The position numbers and the translations under genes were made by a program. This document shows, piece after piece, positions 57,146-64,000 of a DNA stretch of 64,000 nt. Numbering within the stretch: the first letter of the stretch is position 1; every line of letters begins with the position of its first letter. Under the pieces are notes generated by a model that saw nothing but the letters and a program-made list of their open reading frames with translations, ran no database searches and had not been told where the DNA came from. This stretch comes from Octopus vulgaris. Lineage: Eukaryota. The stretch covers positions 25,234,001-25,298,000 of the forward strand of contig OX597833.1 of NCBI GenBank assembly GCA_951406725.2. Reading direction: 5' to 3'.

Positions 57146-58552
57146 ACTGAGCACTTGTAATTATATATAGACCGAAATAATCATGATTTTGTTGCTGATT
57201 AGAGGGTTAAAGATAAACGGGGGTGTAGCAAATATCTTCAGCAAACGACGTAGTGTGCTTTTATTTTACTATTCTTGTGCAGATTCAGCCTATGTTGTTA
57301 GTTTCCAGCTAATTGCTTTATCTATTTTCAATCCAACTATTGACAAGATGAAGCAATGCTTGAAAAATTCGCCATTGTGATTCTGCATGTGATACAATCC
57401 AACTGAATGAAACCCAGTTGGCCTTTGTTCCAAGAATGTTTGGTCCAATTCTACCTCAGAACTTTGGCAGAAGAATTTGTGCAACATGCATATTCTTATC
57501 ATTCAAGCTGTTATATAAACGAACGTTTTTGTCATTTTCATTGACTTTAGTAGGTTTTATCGGCATCTCGATCGATGTTTTCGTCTTTGTAAAAGGCTAC
57601 ATCGAGTTAGTCACAATCATTCTCAATAAATGACTTTAAGTTACATATAGTTTTGAGCTCTACATTTGATGATAAAAGTGCGCACACATTGTTATCTAAC
57701 AAGCATTAAATTTTGAGGTCACTTCTGCAAGAAACTAAATGCTCTTTCCGCTGCATGATCACACTTTACGGTTTCAGGAGAAAAAAAACAAAGCCTTCAG
57801 AATTGTACTCATGTTTGTATATTTCTTTGTTTGTTTCTTTCTTTCAATCTTTCATCGTTTGTTTTTTCTTTATTTATTTTTGCTGTAATTCTGTTGCCCG
57901 TTTAGCTTTCGGCTTCTAAATAATTTGGTTTGAATTTGCTATACAACGCTTACGAGGATCTGTGTCATTATGACTATATAATCTCTAATTCACATATTTC
58001 CCTTCGATTCTGTATAATATACTTGAGACTTTGAGATATGTGTTCATGGTTTCAAAAGGAGAAAAATGCAGTGAATTTATGTAGCACGCTTCTGTGTTGT
58101 AGCACTGGAAAATGGTGAACACAACAATGTACTGCAACGGCGCATGCCCCCACGTTTGACCTGACTTAATTTTGTAAGCAAATATTGCTATGAAAAGAGA
58201 AAACGCCTTTAATGTTATTTCAGGTATTTTTAGTAACTTGCTATTAATTGTTTAGAACTGTCGTTCAAAAAAAAGTGCTTGCTTGGGGATGACGTGTTAG
58301 TTACATTTAACGCTTGACCTCAGTAAGTTAAAATAAAATTACTGGTACATTGTTCTACATCCACGGTTTTGGTAATTCATTTGTATGTCAAAGCATGGAC
58401 CTTTCATGATTTCAGAAATAAACTACGCTACATTGAAAACCACTTTCTGTTTCAGAGATTTAGATGCTGTTCTAAAAAAAAAAACCCACTAAAAGCTAAA
58501 ACAGTATACATAAAAAGACCCGTATGTTCAGTGAATATATATATATATATAC

Positions 58553-58647
58553 AATTATAAATTAGGGTATCTGCGAGATACCACCATGCTGAAAATAGCA
58601 GCCATTTTCAGCATGGTGGTATCTCGTAGATACCCTAATTTATAATT
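58553..58647. repeat. Near-perfect 95-bp palindrome (44-bp arms)
   Basis: AATTATAAATTAGGGTATCTGCGAGATACCACCATGCTGAAAAT and its reverse complement with one G/A difference. Confidence 0.95.
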
Positions 58648-58732
58648 TAAATTATTATTACCTTTGAAGGTTATTCTTTCCATGCTGACCACTTGATAAA
58701 ATCTTTATTTATTTTTAAATTAATGACCTTAG

Positions 58733-58880
<148 letters not shown>

Positions 58881-58883
58881 ATG

Positions 58884-58914
<31 letters not shown>

Positions 58915-59381
58915 GTGTGAGAGAGAGAGAAAGAGAGAGAGGATCCGTTTAGTGAATCGAAGTGGAACTGTTGGGGAGTATGCATTTCATGAGTCAAATG
59001 CTACTTTTGGCTTTCTTTTTTTGACACTGAGCATAAAATTTGACAGAAGCAAACGCAATAGCTTCAGCAGGTCATCAATAAAATCGTTTATTGGCTAATG
59101 GGATTCTAGCTACGATTTCGTGATGCTCAGGCATACTTTCATATTGTCTCTTTTCCTCATATACTTTATCAACTTTTTGGATCATGTATTTTACTACCTC
59201 TTTCTATTATCGCACAGCTTGTTATTGATAAGGCAGAAAGGTTTTCAAGCACGTCTAAAACTGGGCTATGCATAGCTACTTAAAATGTTAACAATAAAAT
59301 CCTGCAAATCATACATTCTCCTGTGCAGATTCATCATCATCTTTGACCTTAATACCGAAAGATCATCCGATATATTGACAT

Positions 59382-59417
<36 letters not shown>

Positions 59418-59522
59418 ATATAAGAAAGGAATGTATTCACCATTCATACACAATTAATTCATGCGTGCATGTTTGTGCATGCATACAGAAATGCAAGTTC
59501 ATATACAAGCGCATTGATATAT

Positions 59523-59624
<102 letters not shown>

Positions 59625-60782
59625 TATCAATCTGAGCGAAATACTTTTTAGGCCTTTGCTAATACAAACGCATCAGGCTAACAAAAAGTGTTCAATTGGT
59701 ATAGAAATCCATGTAATCCTAAGGTGAGAACCGAAGTTAGTCGACTCTGTAAATCCATAGGTGTTACCAAGTAAATATGGAATGTTTTAACTGAATGATA
59801 TAAAAAAAAAGGCAAGAATGATGGGCTTCACACATTTATTGATTTGTACATCGTAGACTCACTGGTGTTTCTGCAATGCATTTTAGGTGTATTCATAGTT
59901 CCGTTTACTTACTAGGTCAAATGACCAATTGAAAAAAATGAACGGCTGTTAGAAATGCTATAAGTCCATGCAGCATGCGCCAATGTATAAGAAAACAAAA
60001 ATAAAGTGTGTATGTATGTAAGTAAATAAAATACTACTACTGCGATCCATGTAAATGACGAGATAAAATCAGGACTCTAGGTCTAGTCATATCCTGTTCA
60101 TAGAAAAGAATTCCAATGTAATCAAAATAGAAAGGGTGATTCATTTCCATTGTTGTTCATGTCATGTTTCCGCGTCATCCAAGGCTTCTAATGGAACTGA
60201 TTCCAAGAAAATGCAATATAGTGTATATCGATATCATATACAATAGGCATATGATACGAAAATGTAACATGATAGAACCAAGTAAGATTAAGCTTTTTTT
60301 TTGTCATATTTTTGGAGAGATAGCAGATTTTCATATGAGCTACACAGTGGATAGTAGAGATTGACTTTATAATCATGAAGAGGTGAGATCAATATACGCA
60401 TAATCGGGAGAGCAATGTCTAGTGGTGTGCAATAGTTCTATGATAAAAGGCCTAAGTTCCTTTTAACGCATCTTGGCCCGTGACTTCATTTCGACAGGAG
60501 TTATGGTTATAAAGGAGCAGTCTTTCGGAATGCAAAACCAATGATTTGTTTCTGTACAGGAAGATAGGGAACATTCTGTTACAGATTCATGGTCAACGGA
60601 GGAATGATGTAGTCTCATAAATATGAAGGGATGTATGTACGTACGTACGTATGTATATATGTGTGTATGTGTGTATGCATGTATGTATGTGCATGTATGC
60701 TTGTTTGTATTTACCAATTAACGTATCTATGCATGTATAGATTTATGTAAGCATGTGTGAGTGTATATATATACATATATAC

Positions 60783-60970
60783 TTTTACTTGTTTCAGTCA
60801 TTTGACTGCTGCCATACTGGAGCAACGCATTTAGTCGAAAAACTCTACCTCAAAGCTCATTTAGTACTTATTCTATCGGTCTCTTATGCCGAACCGCTGA
60901 GTTACGGGGACGTAAACACACCTATATCGGTCGTCAAGCGATGGTTGATGGAGGGAAACACAGACACACA
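60783..60970 (-). mobile_element. Family A SINE 3' half; matching 5' part at 62842-62900
   Basis: Aligns with the family A tail; ACGACGGACTTCTTTCAGTTTCC at 62842 is the sequence that normally borders the internal microsatellite. Confidence 0.75.
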
Positions 60971-61080
60971 AATATATATATATATTTATATATGCATGTA
61001 TATATACATGTAGATGTCGGTACGTACATATATGTTTGTATGTATGCATATATTTTATTTATTACACTATATATATATAT

Positions 61081-61744
61081 ACATGTAAATGTAAAAAAAA
61101 TACAAACTAGGACAAGAATGTGAAACATTTAGAAGACGATACAAAAAACACGGATGGGACATTCGAAGCTTTCAATCTTCAGTCAAGAACCGGATCATCT
61201 TCGCAATTTCGGCTGATTAATCTTGAGATTGCTCCGATCTGGCCAGCCCCAAAGGAAAATCTAAGCCAAGCGCATTAGATTCCTTGGAAGAAAGCCTCGA
61301 ATGTATACAAAACAAAGACGGAAAAACGGACGATGTTACACGAGTAAAAATACAAAAATACGTAAAAACAATAATGATAGCACGAATAAGATACAAAAAT
61401 ACGTAAAAACAATAATAATAATAAGAAAAACAGGACGTCACAGACAAGCGTCTTTTCGACAGGACGAGTAAATTTTTGAGCTGGCGTTAGAAAAAAGCCT
61501 TAGGGCTACAGAGAGACAACAAAGTGTGTCTTGCCACAACGGCTGCTGTCCACGAAGAGGCCAGCAATCAATGGCTAGTCACGTGAGGGAAAGAGAGAGG
61601 AAAAGAGGGACAGGTGAAGAGAGAAAGAAGGGGAACAAGGAACAAAGGAGGAGGAGAAGAGAGAGTGAGAGAGAGAGAGAGAGAGAGAAAGAGACAGAAC
61701 AAGTGGAGTGCAAAGTGTGAAAGGCAGAGAAATGTAGGAGAGGG

Positions 61745-61748
<4 letters not shown>
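61081..61748 (-). mobile_element. Non-coding retrozyme-like element, copy 1 (5'-truncated)
   Basis: Reverse complement homologous to 62065-62694; bounded by (TA)n. Confidence 0.75.
61172..61233 (-). ncRNA. Candidate rearranged (non-circularly permuted) hammerhead ribozyme, intact core
   Basis: GCAAUC|UCAAGA-UUAA-UCAG-CC-GAAA-UUGC...UCUUGA-CUGAAGA-UUGA; stem I 6 bp, stem III 5 bp, stem II 4 bp. Confidence 0.6.
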
Positions 61749-61781
<33 letters not shown>

Positions 61782-61786
<5 letters not shown>

Positions 61787-62694
61787 CCGAAATTGCTAAG
61801 ATGATCTGGTTCTTGACTGATGACTGAGGGCTTCGAATGTCCCGTCCTGTGGTTCTTGTGTCGTCTCTGTGGTGTTTCATGTTCTTGTCCATGTCTGTAA
61901 TTATTTTTACTGTTTACCTATATAATCGGCGGCTACGTATCCACAATTGTCCTTATACGATAAGTATATTTTTTCTCTAGCATTGATACGACTCTTAATC
62001 TGTCTCTTTCTCTCTCTCTCTCTCCCTCCCTTATTCCCCTTCCTTTCTTTCCCTCTCCATCCGTCTTCCCCCCCTTCTACGTTTCTCTATCTCTCTCACC
62101 TCCAGCCCCCTCGATCTGTCTCTTTCTTCTCCTCCCTCGTCCACCTTCTCTCTCTTTTCATCTGTCCCTTTCTCCTGTCTTTTGTTCTCACGTGACCGCT
62201 AGCCGCTGTTGAGCGCTCTTTTCGTTCCAGCAGCCGCCGAAGCAACACGTATTTGTTCGTCTCCCTGCGGCCATTAGGCACAACTTCATAAGCCAGCCCC
62301 ATACTCAACTCGTCCTGTCGAAAGACCCTTGTCCTACGTCCTGGTTTTGTTTTGTTGTTTATTTTTTATTTTTACCGTTATTGTTTTTACGTTTTTGTAT
62401 TCTTATTGGTGTCACGTATTCTGTATTTTTGTTCGTGTACTTCGTTCGTTTTCCGTCCTCTTGTTGTATACATTCGAAGCTTTCTTCCAGGGGATCTAAT
62501 GCGCTTGGCTTAGATTTCCCTTGGCGGGCTGCCCATATCGGAGCAATCTCAAGATTAATCAGCCAAAATTGCTAAGATGATCTGGTTCTTGACTGATGAC
62601 TGAGGGCTTCGAATGTCCCGTCCTGTGGTTCTTGTGTCGTCTCTGTGGTGTTTCATGTTCTTGTCCATGTCTGTAATTATTTTTACTGTTTACC

Positions 62695-62700
<6 letters not shown>
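61782..62700 (+). mobile_element. Non-coding retrozyme-like element, copy 2, more than unit length (776-bp period)
   Basis: Direct repeat 61782-61924 / 62558-62700 with one mismatch; no credible ORF; (TA)n on both sides. Confidence 0.85.
62542..62603 (+). ncRNA. Candidate rearranged hammerhead ribozyme, G12-to-A variant
   Basis: AGCAAUC|UCAAGA-UUAA-UCAG-CC-AAAA-UUGCU...UCUUGA-CUGAUGA-CUGA; upstream repeat keeps GAAA at 61789-61792. Confidence 0.55.
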
Positions 62701-62737
<37 letters not shown>

Positions 62738-62783
62738 TTGTATATATATGTGTATATATGTGTGTGTGTATATATACATAAAT

Positions 62784-62843
<60 letters not shown>

Positions 62844-63781
62844 GACGGACTTCTTTCAGTTTCCCTCTACCAAATTCAGATCACAAATTTGTGGTCTGTG
62901 TAGTTGACAAATTCAGATTGTGGTACACCCTATGTTTTCCTATCTGATCGCCTACAAAATACCCTATCTACATGATTTGGTTAACAAATATCAGCCCCCT
63001 GCCCCAGAAGGGCAGCTGACTTGCAAAACGATTTAACCAACGAAATACAGTATAGAACCTTTTAAACAAGTGAATTAATTATAAACTTACAGCGCTCCAA
63101 AAACACACCTCCAGCAATGGCGACAAAATAATAATCATGGCTCAGATTTGGGCATACGGTCAACATTTTTTTTTCGAGCAGGTGGGAGACGATGTAATCG
63201 ACTTCAGTTCTTCAGCTCTTCCTGAAGGGAAGAAAGACATATTTGATCTTGGTGCAATTTGTACTCGTAATGTACAAGAGAGTGAAAAGTAATGTATTTT
63301 GTCTGGCACAGGAATTAAAAGTTAAAATATAGCACTAATCAATTTGACAGTTACACTTCTACTCATTGTGTATTACATCTTAATTAAATATTTCGGTTTT
63401 GTGTTGGGGTTACAAGATTTTTGATGTCATCTCACGTGTTAAAACATACTCTGTTGAATCTCGGGAAGGTTATTATGTCTATAATAAACACACGCAGTAA
63501 TTTACACACACCTAAAGTAGACCTTGAGTTGGCAGGTCTCGAATGGCCACGAAATAACTTCGATAAACCTGGCTGGTTGACTTATTGATCGAACGAATAA
63601 TCACACAATCAATTAGCTAGTTGGTTAATTGATTAACCAATTTACTTATAAAATAAAAGAAGTGAAATAGAACCAGTGCATGTGTATTTATTGTTCGCAT
63701 AATGGCCGCTCGACATACAACAAATTCTGAAATAGTGATGTTTTCTCCTGTTTCCTTTCCTTGTGGAAAATCATGTAGTTT

Positions 63782-63784
<3 letters not shown>

Positions 63785-63814
<30 letters not shown>

Positions 63815-63875
63815 CTTCTTCTTCTTCTTCTTCTTCTTCTTCTTCTTCTTCTTCTTCTTCTTCTTCTCTCTCTCT
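63785..63875. repeat. (CTT)n microsatellite
   Basis: Direct reading. Confidence 0.95.
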
Positions 63876-64000
63876 TTCTGTCATGTGCCTTATGTCACTC
63901 TCTACCTTTCTCTCGTTTAAAGACTCTCTTTTTCTTTCCCTTTCCTCGTCTCTTTTCCTATGTCCTTTCACATTTCCATCACTTATTGTTACAAATTCTC

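Noticed and set aside
61782-62700. Interpretation as an LTR retrotransposon or TRIM
   Set aside because: No TG..CA ends, PBS, PPT or TSD; the repeat is a permuted overlap starting near the ribozyme site

Overview
AT-rich eukaryotic DNA saturated with microsatellites. The SINE families present (tRNA-headed SINEs with an internal TA/TG microsatellite, OR1/OR2-like SINEs, Meta-domain SINEs) point to an octopus or other cephalopod genome; this is an inference. No complete gene is visible, and nearly all ORFs in the supplied track are microsatellite artefacts. The window looks intronic or intergenic, with one convincing 63-nt coding exon candidate (28912-28974, +). It holds decayed transposons: piggyBac, mariner, Tc1, Helitron, Gypsy with LTR, Tx1/L1, CR1, R4/Dong and Penelope, plus MITEs and fold-backs. 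The most notable feature is a non-coding element family at 61081-62700 (two divergent copies, three ribozyme regions) carrying all the parts of a hammerhead ribozyme in a non-circularly permuted strand order. One copy is more than unit length (776-bp period) and begins 9 nt from the predicted cleavage site, which suggests a retrozyme-like circular-RNA element inserting into (TA)n. Canonical Penelope-type type I hammerhead remnants also occur at about 4.2, 4.7, 5.3 and 25.2 kb. All calls were made by eye; no searches or folding were run.
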